This document shows, piece after piece, positions 1 to 12,248 of a stretch of 64,000 bases of DNA. The stretch comes from Sphaerodactylus townsendi (taxonomy: Eukaryota). Location: contig NC_059429.1 of assembly GCF_021028975.2 (NCBI RefSeq), positions 98,890,001 to 98,954,000 on the forward strand, read 5' to 3'. Every line of letters starts with the position of its first letter. Position 1 is the stretch's first letter. A program made the position numbers and the translations under genes. Under the pieces are notes generated by a model. It saw only the letters and a list, made by a program, of their open reading frames with translations, searched no databases and was not told the DNA's origin.

Positions 1-764
1 AAGAACCAAACAGGCTACACAAAGAAAGGGAAGCAGTCAGCCTAATACAGACTATTCAATCAACTCAGTAAATTTATTCCCTATAGCAACTGTATTAGCA
101 GTCAGAATGTTTTCTATAGCACAACGGAGGACTAATTGAGAAGCCAAGTCACCTTCTGAGGATTTCTGGGGCACTGCAGTAAAGGGTTTACAGGAGGTTA
201 GAAGCTTTACTGCAAAATCTCCTAATTGTCAAATTTATCCATTCTAGAAGGACCATTACCTAGCAACTTGCAAGGAGGAGCATAACCTGTAACTGGAAAA
301 ACAGAGGCACACTCACTGCTTGATTCAGTGTACAACTACACCACCTAAGACCTTTGAAACCAATGCATTGAACACTACATAGAGTTAGATTGGTCTGTCA
401 ATAGTTTTGAGGAGTGTGCTCTGCTAAATGGCATAGTCCCCAGATTTCCTCATTGTCTCTCAACCAAGCACTAATTGTTCTACTGAAAGCCCTAGCTACT
501 TAAGATACCGCTTAAGATACTGTTTAAGATACTGAATTCAGGCTGAGCCCCTCTGAGAAGAGATTCTGAGTTAAGGCAGCTATGTTGGCATAGCTTGAAG
601 AGCATCCGTATTTATTTTGTTTAATCCTTCCCATCAGTGATGTCTGAGACACAAAGAAGAAGGCAATATTAAGAGTTGCTGAAGATGCTTTCAGTAAGAG
701 AAGGAAGCAACAAACATGGGGAGATTTGGGGATGAAGAAGTCTGGTTCATCTAGTTGCTATCAC

Positions 765-839
765 CTGTTTCCTATTGACAAGAATGAGAGCAGCAGCCAC
801 AATCTCCACAGAGAACACCAGAAACACCAACACGAAGAA
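765..839 (-). CDS. TSPAN18-like tetraspanin, coding exon 3 (TM3; FFVLVFLVFSVEIVAAALILVNRKQ)
   Basis: 75 nt, phase 0/0, acceptor tcctacAG at 840-841, donor GTGATA at 764. Hydrophobic TM3 with the conserved polar E. Not in the ORF track. Downstream exons were not found in the window. Confidence 0.9.
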
Positions 840-1115
840 CTGTAGGATGAGAAAAAGAAACAAGACAAGAATCAGATCACATCCTGGCCTTCATACTGAT
901 ACTGCAAGCATCAACCTAACCAACTCAAAAGTTGCATTCTCCTATCATTATTAATTTTGAAGCTGTTTAGTATTAATCCATAACTCATGAATCTGCTAAA
1001 GCTATTTCACATGATAGAAGCCATGCTTGCTGTACCACAAGTAATATTTACCAAACTATGGTATACTTACCACCATATTTATCCTCCATTTCCAACACAC
1101 CTGCATTCTACTTAC

Positions 1116-1307
1116 AAGCAATAATGTGGACCTGTTTTCTTTGATGGCTCCAAAGCAGCCCAAGAAACCCAAGATTGCAAGTGCCACGCCCACAAAGATG
1201 ATGAGGTAAGCTCCAATGGTCAGAAGTGGGCTGGAAACAATGCTCTGAAATCCGTTAGGGTCAGCAGCTGCCCAGATGCCCACAGTTAGGAGGCAGATGC
1301 CCCCACC
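1116..1307 (-). CDS. TSPAN18-like tetraspanin, coding exon 2 (TM1 end, EC1, TM2)
   Basis: 192 nt, acceptor tttttcAG, donor GTAAGT. Encodes GGGICLLTVGIW...LGFLGCFGAIKENRSTLLL, containing the tetraspanin GxLGCxGAxxE signature. Confidence 0.93.
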
Positions 1308-2380
1308 CTGAAAAATGTACACAATGGGGGTTAAGAAATTAGTTAATTAAAATATGCACAATGTGGGGTAAAAAATTGGTTAAAAGTCATGTTCCATATA
1401 GGCACAGCATTTGCTTTCAGTGATTAGCTAACAAAGACAATGCATGTACATCTGTTAGTACCAATAAAAACTACTGATGCAACCCTGAAGATGGTTGACA
1501 CTTTCCCCAGAAGACATAAAGGAAATGCTATCTATGTACACATACCAACAACAAATTTAAGTTCATTGTATTTAAAACTGTTCTTTTTTTTATTAAGACC
1601 AGGTTTTTAAAAATGATTGGTAGCAAAAAAAGAAAGCTGAAATTGTCTCCTTCAAAATAAGGGATACCCTTTAAAAGACTGATTATGCTATGATAAATGG
1701 CATAAATAATTCTTAAAATCAAGGTCAGACACATTTTTTCCTTGAAGAGATATTTACAGTGCAAACCTGAACCTGTTGATTTCAGAGGACTTGGAAGGGA
1801 TTGGAAAGGGATTGTATGTGCAGTCCATACACACCTGGGTCACTCTCAAAATCCACATGTGTTAAGTAGATTTAACTTCCTCTTCCCCTTGCACATCAAC
1901 ACTGCACATGGGAGTGATTGCAATACCAGTGTAAGTAGCAGAATCTGCATGGCCAGCTGGTACATAGATACCCCAGAAAAGAGTATAGCAAGGTATTTTA
2001 TACAACCCAATCAGGCTACTACCAAAAAGATAACTTAGAACAAGCTCAGAGTAGGTTAAGTACATATGACTAGTTCAGAAGAAAGACCAATGAGTTTATG
2101 TCAAAAGTAGGGTTCATTCTAGGATTGGTTATGCTGTGTTATGTTTGTTATTTTTTAAAAAGATATTAGATATTCCTTACTGAAAAATATCCAGATCCAG
2201 AATATTGTTTATTGCTGAAAGTTGATCTGGTGATCAGGCATGGCATTGGATTTCTGAGGACCTTAAGTCCAGAAGTCCCCTTTTGTGTCTGTTTCATTTT
2301 CCTGTTATGTCCCCAGGGCAACATCAAGAGGCAAGGACATATACAGACAAAACAAATCCGACTAGCTGTCCACACACATA

Positions 2381-3186
2381 TGCCATTTCTGCACAACACA
2401 AATAAATCATCTTGAGGACATTAAAAGAAGCATTTTCGGAAGGAACTCTGCATAGCTTTCCCCCCCAAGATGATCTCAAGACATTTTATTTCTGCTCAAC
2501 CCAATTTATTTTGAAAACGCTAAACTAGTGATCTTTTCCTTCAAGATGGGTTGAAGACGTTTCCTGCTTGCTGTGCAGAAAGCAGGAAAACTTTTATCCC
2601 CCGCCCCTTTAGGAGCTCTCTGACTTTCATTTTCGCCGCAGCTCGCACCCACCATTTTCTGCTGCTGCAGGATTCTCCATGTCATTTGCCATTTGCAGAG
2701 GGTTCCTTCAGAGGTTCCCTCTATTTGCAGCTTATTTGCCGCCATTTCCATCAAAAAAGTACCTGAATAAAGTTAGTTTTCATGGCCGATTCGGTGCATG
2801 TGTCATTTTTCCTCTGAAGCATCAAAGACACCTCCCTCAAAAAAGGTGGGGGGCAACAACATGTGCACCTAACCAGCAGTGAAAACTGACTTTATTCATG
2901 TACTTTTTAGACAGAAGTGGTGGGTGGATGAGATGCAAGCAGAGGAAAATTCCATGGGAACCTTCTACAAATGGCAGGTGGCACTGGAGCATCCTAATGT
3001 GGTAGAAAATAGTGGGTGTGAGCTGCTAACAAAATGGAAGTGAGAGCTCTAACAAGAGGGGGGTTGCAGGTAAAAGAACTGTTTTGGGATGAAAACATTT
3101 GTCCGTGCTATGTGGACAATGAAAGCCAAAACGGTTCCTCTAAAAACATTTGCAAGCCGTTTTATTTGCATTGTGCAGAAATGGCC
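2381..3186. mobile_element. Non-autonomous DNA transposon (PIF/Harbinger-type MITE), about 800 bp, in tetraspanin intron
   Basis: Imperfect terminal inverted repeats TGCCATTTCTGCACAACACAAATAAA / TTTATTTGCATTGTGCAGAAATGGCC; flanking 3-mers ATA/AAA; no coding capacity. Confidence 0.7.
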
Positions 3187-3272
3187 AAACACACCAAGAT
3201 AATAATAATATACTGCCAAGCTGGCATGAGGATAATCTACATGAGTGCTGCAATGAACATGCAAATACTCAC

Positions 3273-3332
3273 AAACCCCAGCACATTGAACACAAACATC
3301 AAGTATTTTACAAGGTCTAGAACTCTCATCAT
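3273..3332 (-). CDS. TSPAN18-like tetraspanin, first coding exon (MMRVLDLVKYLMFVFNVLGF)
   Basis: ATG at 3332, KYLMFVFN motif, phase-0 donor GTGAGT at 3272. The exon begins at 3347 after a long pyrimidine tract and AG, which implies an upstream non-coding exon. Confidence 0.92.
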
Positions 3333-4542
3333 GAAGTCAGCTTTAGTCTGGGGAGAAGAGAAAGGAGAAAGAGATCAGCATAATGTTCTTTCTTTGCCTT
3401 CCCTCGCTTGACCTTCCATTCTGGTCTTCTTGGGCCAGCAAGGACTGAAGAAAAGTCCTGGCGTTGCTACTGGGAAGAACAAATTTAGCAGGTCTTAACT
3501 TATGAATGCCATGAAGTCCATGCTTTGGACCAAGTTCTCAGTGTCAATAACATAAACAGATTCTGCTTGGAGTTTGAGGTTTTTTGTACCATACTTATCA
3601 TGGCCTTTATAAAGTCATGCTTCAAGAGCAGGGGCAGTCTTAGCCATTAGACAACAGAGGCAGCTGCCATTCCCCCCACCTTCCCCCATGCATATCACTA
3701 CAAAATGAGGCAAGTAACATCCTAAGGGTCATTGTGGCAGAAGTGCCTTCCTGCCATGCTGCAATCCTTTGTCGATGGAAACTCTGCAGACAGGTCCTTT
3801 TGCCCAAAAAGGAGCATTTTGCACAAACAGTGAAAGTGAATTTAAAAATCAACATATTGCTAACAATTACCCTTTCAGAAACTTTATCCGTGTTCCACCT
3901 TAAAACACAAACTCTCATCAAAAGCCCTCATTTCATGGAAGGCTTCTGGCTTAGCGGGATCATAAAATGGCTTTCACAATGTTACTCCAGTTTACTCCTA
4001 AGGAGAGTTACTCTGGTTTAACTGAATTAATTTCAGTGAGTTTAGACTGGAGTAATTCTGCACAGGTTTGCGTTATCAATAGCCAGTCTGAGACTGAGGG
4101 TTGAAAAGAGCAGAATAGAAAATCAAATAAACAAAACAAATGGTGAAGGTCCAAAAATTTGTTAGACGTTGAGGTAGAGTAAAAATGCAGCTCCTATTAG
4201 AAAGATATACCTGTTTGCATACCTTTAAGAATATGCAGACTGTACCCGAAGATTATTTAGAGCACAATCTGGGAGGGGGGGGGCGCCATGCCACAGTCAG
4301 AAATGGCATAGCAATTGGACTGTCAAGCCGCCTTCTAAGCAGCTGGCTGCACTACAGTCAGCAACCTGATAGGGACGCTCACCCAACCCCTGTTGAACCA
4401 CTGCAAGCAGCTCTATGGACCGCACTTATGTTTTTGCTTGTGTACGTTCGCACTGGCAAATGTGGGCATTCTCATGCTGAAAGGGCTCAAATAGTTGACT
4501 AATGCCAGCCCTGCCCCTAGCCCTGCCCCTTTTGCCACCAGC

Positions 4543-5010
4543 ATGAGGGATATTGACCAGCTGGAGCGGGTCCAGAGGAGGGCAACCAAAATGGTAAAGG
4601 GTCTGGAGTCCATGCCCTACAAAGAGAGGCTTAGGGAGCTGGGGATGTTTAGTCTGGAGAAATGTAGGTTAAGGGGTGACATGATAACCATGTTTAAACA
4701 TTTGAAGGGATGTCATGTCGAAGAGGGAGCAAGCTTGTTTTCTGCTGCGTCAAAGACTAGGACACGGAGCAATGGATTTCAAGGTGAAGGAAAAGAGATT
4801 CCACCTAAACATTAGGAAGAACTTCCTGACCATCAGGGTTGTACGGCAGTGGAATTCACTGCCTCAGAGTGTGGTGGAGTCTCCTTCTTTGGAGGTTTTT
4901 AAACAGAGGCTGGATTAGCATATGTCGGGTATGCTTTGATTGTGTGTTCCTGCACTGCAGGGGGTTGGACTTGATGGCCCTTGTGGTCTCTTCCAACTCT
5001 GTGATCTGTG
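4543..5010 (+). mobile_element. CR1 LINE 3' fragment
   Basis: ORF2 C-terminal motifs DIDQLERVQRRATKMVKGLE...RLRGDMI and the CR1 3' hairpin GGGTTGGACTTGATGGCCCTTGTGGTCTCTTCCAACTC; frameshifted. Confidence 0.92.
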
Positions 5011-7023
5011 GGCCCTCAGAACTAGGACAAAGAGGCTTAGAGACAGCTTCTACTCTAGAGCTGTGGCTATGCTAAACTCCGCTGCTTCATATTGATGTAT
5101 TTGGGGCTGTGTAGGGATGGGTGGAGGAAGGGGAAAGTGAGGATGATGTATGAGTCTGAAATTGTGTGCATCGAGGAATGCTGCTGTAAATTTCGTTGTG
5201 CGTGCACAATGACAATAAAATGCTTATGCTTATGCTTATTTGATTCTATGAAGCTCTGCACTGGAGGTTCATTGGTGTTCAAAGCTGCTGCAGCTGCACC
5301 AGTGCTCATGTATGATGTTGCTGCAGTGCTTCCCAACTTTGGCATAAGTACCCCAGAGCTGTCATAAATTTTCCTTACGTCAGCCCAGAGAGCTTTTATG
5401 CAGGAATTGGGGCCCAGTGCTTTCGAGGGCCCCCATGAGGGTTGCATTGTTCGTTTCAGATCAACAATGATAATGTCCAATGATTATTTTTGTACGTTTT
5501 ACAAGTCAACAATGCATACATTCAGTTTTATTATCACCTCATGTTCAGTCAAAATTGATTGGAAACAGATTACACTATTCTGTTTTTATAGATAAGTCTA
5601 CAGTTAGAGCTTCAGAGAGAAGGAACACAATTACTTGCTTTTCTGCCATTTTTGCATGAGTGGTAAAGCTCAGTTTGGAGTTACCAACAGGCATCTCAGA
5701 TAGCAAGTATTTTCTTTCCCACCCTTTCTCATCAAGGTCAGAGGAGGCAAGCTGCTGGCAAACTTCTTATAATCTTGAAACAGGAGCTTCATGCACCACT
5801 TATTTTACAATCTGCTGGCTGCTCTCACAAACAGGTCCCAAGAATGCTAGTAAATAGATTTTCATTCACATGATATACTTCTTCCATGTTTCTATGAATG
5901 CAAACCTATGGTTGTAAGACCCTATGGCCATAAAGAAATTTACTACTGAGCAGACTTGCATAAAACTGTGTTGTAATGTAGCATAGTTGAGTACAAGATA
6001 CTCCTGGTAGGGAATAGTGTCTTTCCTAGTTTAGTGGGATGAAAAAATATTTGAGTGCACTTCATAGGAGTACCTGAGCTGGGCACACTGCCTATAGTGC
6101 AAATCAAAACAAAGCAAGAAGAAGAATTCCATTGTATTTGTAGAAGGGCAACTTTTAATTCAATTTCCCTACACGATTTTGTCCATACAAAGAAGTAAAA
6201 CATATTTGCACATCATCTTGCTTTGGACTTTTTAAAAAAATCTCTTCAGGTACCCATAAAATATGGGTATTGCCAGAGATGGGAGCACTTGGGGATGAGC
6301 TGAAGGGCAAGTGACCATTTCACTCCTGTGATTTGTAGCCCATACTTTCAGATGAGCAAGGAAATGACTCTAGGACTGGCCCAAGATGTAGTAGTTTGGT
6401 TTATTCAGAGGAATAGTTGAAGTAACCTTTAAAACAGCTACAAGCAGGTCAATGAACAGATGAATACTCAATTGAAAAAAAATTCCTGTTCACCACTGGC
6501 AAACAGTACATGAGCCAAATTGGCAGGTTATCCCCTGGATTGCATATGTCACAGATCACTGGTAAACCACTCATCCTATATGACGAGGTGAGGGCAGGGA
6601 TGGGCAGAGTGCAAAGGATGCTGCGATAAATAGCAGTAGGTAGCAGTAATGAGTCCCCCCCTCCTAGTGCAATTAGGGGGATGGCACATGGGGGAGCACC
6701 AACCAAAATGAAGGGCATGTGGGGCAGCTAATCAGCATGAACAGTCCTCCCCAAGTGATTGTGTCTGATTGTGCAAAATCCCAGCTGTACCTGGGATACC
6801 CTTCTGGCCTTCCTAGCTATGTGAAGGGTTTAAACCAGACACCTTGGGCATGTGGTGGTGGTGCTTATTGGCAGGATTGGTGAGAAGGCATAATAAAGGT
6901 CCCTTGCCCTGGAATCTGAACTGCATCTCCAACTGAAAGGACACTGCTCCCTCCTCGGGAACAAAAAGAGGGGCACTTCAGGTTGAGTTGCTGCAAAAAG
7001 ATCCACAGCAGGAGATTCCCCAA

Positions 7024-7233
7024 GAAAACCAATGTGGTATAATCATTAAAAGCGATGGACTCTAATCTGCAGATCTGGGTTCGATTCCCCACTCTTCCAC
7101 ATGGAGCCTGCAGTGTGACCTTATGCCAATCACAGTTCTCTCAGCCTATGTGGAGGCAAGCAATGGCAAACCACCTCTGAAAACACTTTGGGTCACTATA
7201 AACCAAATGTGACTTGACGGCACTTTTCACCAT
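7024..7233 (+). mobile_element. tRNA-derived SINE, decayed
   Basis: A-box-like TGGTATAATCA, B-box GGTTCGATTCC; 3' part GCAATGGCAAACCACCTCTG...GTGACTTGA. Confidence 0.7.
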
Positions 7234-9086
7234 TACCAGACGATCCCCATAGGTAGAAAATCAGAACTATGTGCATACATGTAGGGTGGGTAAGGTGGAG
7301 AGGGAAAGGCTAACTGTGTTGTGGCTGCTCCATAGAGAGGCAAGCAGGACGTCACTGTGAGGAGGAAAAGAAAGAGGCCACCAGTTTAAACCTTGAAGCT
7401 GCTGCTGCTGCCCCCCACACTACCCTTGCACATGTGTGGCCGGCTGGGTTTCTATGCCAGCTGAGACTAGGCTATTTGAAAGGTCTCCCCATTGCCCTAC
7501 AATCACAGGTAGCAGCTTCACTCAAGCAGGGCAGCAATCAGCTCTACAATGGAGTGGGTAGGGAGGGGAAGAGAGACTGTGCTACATCTGTGCTGCCTTA
7601 AAGTTTGATACAGTAGCTGGGACAGCTGGTTACACAGTGGTTTGGGCTCCCCAATGCAGGCCCTGGTGTAGCTGTCCTGGACACCCCTGCTGTCATGAAG
7701 GCAAACATTTTAATTCCCATATTGCTGATAGGAAAGGGAAGTATTGGAGAGTGACAGAGAGTGACTTGTCTAAGGCTATTCAGTCATTCCTTGCTCCTCT
7801 GGTTCTTACAATACATTCTCACCAATGCACCTCCTCTTCTGCTGTATGCAGCCTCTATTGCCATCTTGTGCACCCTCTCCCTCACCAGCAGATATAACAC
7901 CATCCTGCATCTTTGCCTCTGCATCTATCAGTAACCCCTGCCTTTCAAGTCCCAACAGACCAGTGTTCATCGAACTATGACCTCACCAGCAGTTCTGGGC
8001 AGAATGAAACAACCTCATGAAAGTGCTTTGATTGACATTGCCTTCCTAAGCAGAATTATATCCTTCTAAGTCCGCTGGAGTCAATTGATTTAGAATGGTG
8101 CTTAGGATGGCCCTGCAATATGAGCAGCTAGGTTCCTCCTCCCAGGGCTAGTTTCAGACATGTATACTATCTCCAGTGGTGCATTAACTCAATAATAGTT
8201 CCATTAATGTTGATGAGGATCAGCAGTGACTCATACTTCTGGGTGCTTAATTGCTTTAGAATACATATCCTGCTGTTGGAACATGTCCTCAAAGTAGTTC
8301 ACAGCATATAAAATTTTAATACAATTAAATATTACAAATTCAATAAAATAATGAACTATTATAAGAGGATCATTGGATCTGACCAAAGTGCAATGTCCTG
8401 TTTCCCAGAATAGAAACCAGATTTCACAAGGATGTTCACAAATGGACCTTACATAAGGCTTTACACATATGAACATAAGCAGCTGCTTTATACGCTGGCC
8501 CGTTTCCTATCCCGAATTTATTGCTTATCCTGCATGGCAGTGTCTCTCCAGTTTCAAGCAGAGAAATATCTTTTCAAGCATCTGTTACCAGAGATCCTTA
8601 ACTGCAAATGGCAGTGACTGAACCCAAGACCTTCAAAGAAAGTGCCAAGTGTGGTCAAATGTTTGGTTTGGGCAGTAACCCTCCTCTTAAGTTGTCCCCT
8701 GGGAACCAGTATTCAGTGGCATATTGCATCAGAGCATGGAGATTCCATTCCGCCATCATAAAGTGACACTGTTGCTAGACACAGCCTTCATGATCAATTT
8801 AGTTTTGAATCATTAGATGCAGACACTTTCACGGAACCATGGACCAATTAGTTGCATCCTGTCCACTTTATTGCCTATTGACAATATTCACTTTATATTC
8901 CCTTGCAGGATTAATGACATAGATATAATACAATTTGAACTTTTCTTGTACAAACCACAACAAAATTGATGGGTAATAATCACAGGATAGAAGTTTTCTT
9001 TATTCTGATTTTATCCTCCTGTGGGATTATGGCTGGCAGCAATCCTTTGAAATTATATGTGAAATATAAACTAGTGTTAAATAGAT

Positions 9087-9265
9087 GGATAGTCCAGGCT
9101 AGCCTGATCTCACAAATCTCAGATGCTAAACAGGTTTGGTTAGTAATTGGATGGGAGACCACCAAGTAATAGCAAGGTCTCTATGCAGAGAAAGGTAATG
9201 GCAAACCACTTCTGTAAGTCTCTTGCCCTGAAAATGGGGTTGTCTTGAGACAGCTGTGACTTGAT
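9087..9265 (+). mobile_element. 5S rRNA-derived SINE, decayed
   Basis: GCCTGATCTC...GCTAAACAGG...TGGTTAGTAATTGGATGGGAGACC resembles the 5S internal control region, followed by a non-5S tail AATGGCAAACCACTTCTG. Confidence 0.75.
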
Positions 9266-9390
9266 ATTTATTTATTTATTGGATTTGATAGACCACACAC
9301 CACCACCACCACCACCACCACCCCCCCCCCCCGAAGGGCTCTGGGCAGTGTACAATACATTCATTAAAACTTATAAAATATAAAACAAGT
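9266..9390 (-). mobile_element. L2-type 3' terminus with (TTTA)n tail and internal (CAC)n/poly-C expansion
   Basis: (TTTA)n followed by ...CCGAAGGGCTCTGGGCAGTGTACAA, the same terminus seen at 17157, 23100, 26342 and 55615. Confidence 0.6.
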
Positions 9391-10314
9391 TACGGTAGCA
9401 TAAAACCAGAAATACTAAATTGATACACTAAAAAAATACATTTTACACTTGCACAAGTAGAAATGCATACACACAAATCCACTGCTGATCAGCCCTGAAC
9501 ATTACTTACCACAGCAAGGTTTCTGGATTCTGCTCCTAGGCTGTCTTAACCCCTTAAGCAATCAATGCTGGATAAGTCTCCCAACTAGTAGGGGAGGCCC
9601 CTTGCAATGACGTTCAACCTTAGGACCTACCACTTGAACAGAAGCTAATAATTAATAAGGAACATAATCCACCCTTGTAGAAGAAAGTATACGTAGGGCA
9701 GCAGAGTAAGGAAGCCCGAATCACATCATTAGCATTGTTGGGAGGGGTAATTAAATAGTCCCCTGTTGATGCAGCTAAGAAGGCCCAGGAAAATGATATG
9801 GATGTACCTGGACAAAAGGTGAACTTGGAAATGAATTATTGCTGAGAAGCTTGCTTGGCTTTTCATGGCTTGTATCCTAAGTAGCAAATGTTCTTGCTGC
9901 GTGCTCTGCATTGCTCCCAGGGGAAACTTGTTAATATTCAATGTGGAGGTATTTCCTTCAAAACAGTATCAGTCAGACTGAAGAAAGGCATTCAGGATGA
10001 TCAGCCATTGAGCATCCATGCCCAAATTCCCCTTACTGATCCTTCCAGCTATGGCATGGCATTGGAGTAACTCAGGCACTTATTCAAACATGACTTCTTT
10101 GGGAAAACAGCAACTTAGAAATCTTCTCTCACACATCTTTTCATTCTAGGTGTCAAAATTTGAGTTTAAAGACAGAAGCACATCATAGAGTGGTGTGGTG
10201 GTGTATATGTTTTATCTGCCTCACAGTGACTGGGGGTATATGTTAAACATATATCCCACGACACAATCAACTCCACATTGTGCCATGCAGAGAAACACAT
10301 CTTAAAGTGGCATG

Positions 10315-10439
10315 CCTCTGAAGATGCCAGCCAAAGATGTAAGGAAAACGTTAAGAGCAAAAACTACCAGATCATGGCCACACAGCCTGGAAAATCCAAT
10401 AGCCAGTTGGTTCCTTCCAGCTGTGAAAGCCTTCAACAT
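10315..10439 (+). mobile_element. Penelope-like element terminal fragment with decayed hammerhead motif
   Basis: CTGAAGATGCCAGCC...AAAACGTT...GGCCACACAGCCTGGAAA...GTGAAAGCCTTCAACA; homologous to 18349-18452 and 50864-51047. Confidence 0.65.
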
Positions 10440-10553
10440 GACAGAGATTTGTTCGCCTTATGACTGCCAAGCTCCTGGGGTGAGGAGAAAATTCCCCCAC
10501 CATGAGCTCTTGTTTTTTGGAGTGATGGGGAAATGTTTTTTTAAAGGCAACAT

Positions 10554-10995
10554 CTCAAATCAAGGAATAAGAGGGGAAGTCCTCCTATGGATTAAAAACT
10601 GGTTGAGAAACAGGAAGCAAAGAGTGGGTGTAAATGGGAAATTCTCACAATGGAGAGATGTCGGGAGTGGTGTCCCCCAAGGATCCGTTTTAAGACCAGT
10701 GCTCTTTAACCTATTCATAAATGACCTGGAAGTAGGGGTGGGTAGCGTGGTGGCCAAGTTTGCAGATGATACCAAATTGTGTAGTGTGGTGAGAACTGCA
10801 AAGGTTGCGAAGAGCTCCAAGTGGACCTTGATAAATTAGGTGAGTGGGCTCAGAAATGGCAGATGCAGTTCAATGTAGCAAAATGTAAAGTGATGCACAA
10901 AAGGGCAAAAAATCCAAACTTCACATACACGCTACAGGGATCAGTGCTATCAGTCACAGACCAGGAAAGGGATTTGGGCGTCTTAGTTGATAGTT
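10554..10995 (+). mobile_element. CR1 LINE, 5' part of the interrupted host copy (RT domain)
   Basis: Encodes GVPQGSVL..LFNLFINDL..FADDTKL; ends in ...GTTGATAGTT and resumes at 12249. Confidence 0.95.
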
Positions 10996-12248
10996 AAGAA
11001 CATAAGAACATAAGAACAAGCCAGCTGGATCAGACCAGAGTCCATCTAGTCCAGCTCTCTGCTACTCGCAGTGGCCCACCAGGTGCCTTTGGGAGCTCAC
11101 ATGTAGGATGTGAACGCAATGGCCTTCTGCGGCTGTTGCTCCCGATCACCTGGACTGTTAAGGCATTTGCAATCTCAGATCAAAGAGGATCAAGATTGGT
11201 AGCTATAAATCGACTTCTCCTCCATAAATCTGTCCAAGCCCCTTTTAAAGCTATCCAGGTTAGTGGCCATCACCACCTCCTGTGGCAGCATATTCCAAAC
11301 ACCAATCACACGTTGCGTGAAGAAGTGTTTCCTTTTATTAGTTCTAATTCTTCCCCCCAGCATTTTCAATGAATGCCCCCTGGTTCTAGTATTGTGAGAA
11401 AGAGAGAAAAATGTCTCTCTGTCAACATTTTCTACCCCATGCATAATTTTGTAGACTTCAATCATATCCCCCCTCAGCCGCCTCCTCTCCAAACTAAAGA
11501 GTCCCAAACGCTGCAGCCTCTCCTCATAGGGAAGGTGCTCCAGTCCCTCAATCATCCTTGTTGCCCTTCTCTGCACTTTTTCTCTCTCCTCAATATCCTT
11601 TTTGAGATGTGGCGACCAGAACTGGACACAGTACTCCAAGTGCGGTCGCACCACTGCTTTATATAAGGGCATGACAATCTTTGCAGTTTTTTAATCAATT
11701 CCTTTTCTAATGATCCCCAGCATAGAGTTTGCCTTTTTTTACAGCTGCCATGCATTGAGTTGACATTCCCATGGAACTATCAACTAAGACGCCTAAATCC
11801 CTTTCCTGGTCTGTGACTGATAGCACTGACCCCTGTAGCGTGTATGTGAAGTTTGGATTTTTTGCCCCTATGTGCATCACTTTGCATTTTGCTACATTGA
11901 ACTGCATTTGCCATTTCTGAGCCCACTCACCTAATTTATCAAGGTCCGCTTGGAGCTCTTCGCAATCCTTTGTGGTTCTCACCACACTACACAATTTGGT
12001 ATCATCTGCAAACTTGGCCACCACACTGCCCACCCCTACTTCCAGGTCATTTATGAATAGGTTAAAGAGCACTGGTCCCAAAACGGATCCTTGGGGGACA
12101 CCACTCCCGACATCTCTCCATTGTGAGAACTTCCTATTTACACCCACTCTTTGCTTCCTGTTTCTCAACCAGTTTTTAATCCATAGGAGGACTTCCCCTC
12201 TTATTCCTTCATTGCTGAGTTTTCTCAACAGTCTCTGGTGAGGAATCG
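10996..12248 (-). mobile_element. CR1 LINE, 5'-truncated 1.25-kb copy inserted antisense into a copy of the same family
   Basis: (TTCTTATG)n tail at 10996, 3' hairpin, and RT motifs on the minus strand; flanked by an AGTT duplication (10992-10995, 12249-12252). Confidence 0.95.

Noticed and set aside
1964-2010. Minus-strand frame LGCIKYLAILFSGVSM resembling a tetraspanin N-terminus (alternative first exon?)
   Set aside because: No ATG, an in-frame TGA immediately upstream, and no donor at the expected position. The real exon is at 3273-3332.
9087-9170. Possible 5S rRNA gene
   Set aside because: Partial, diverged and fused to a SINE tail; called as a SINE instead.
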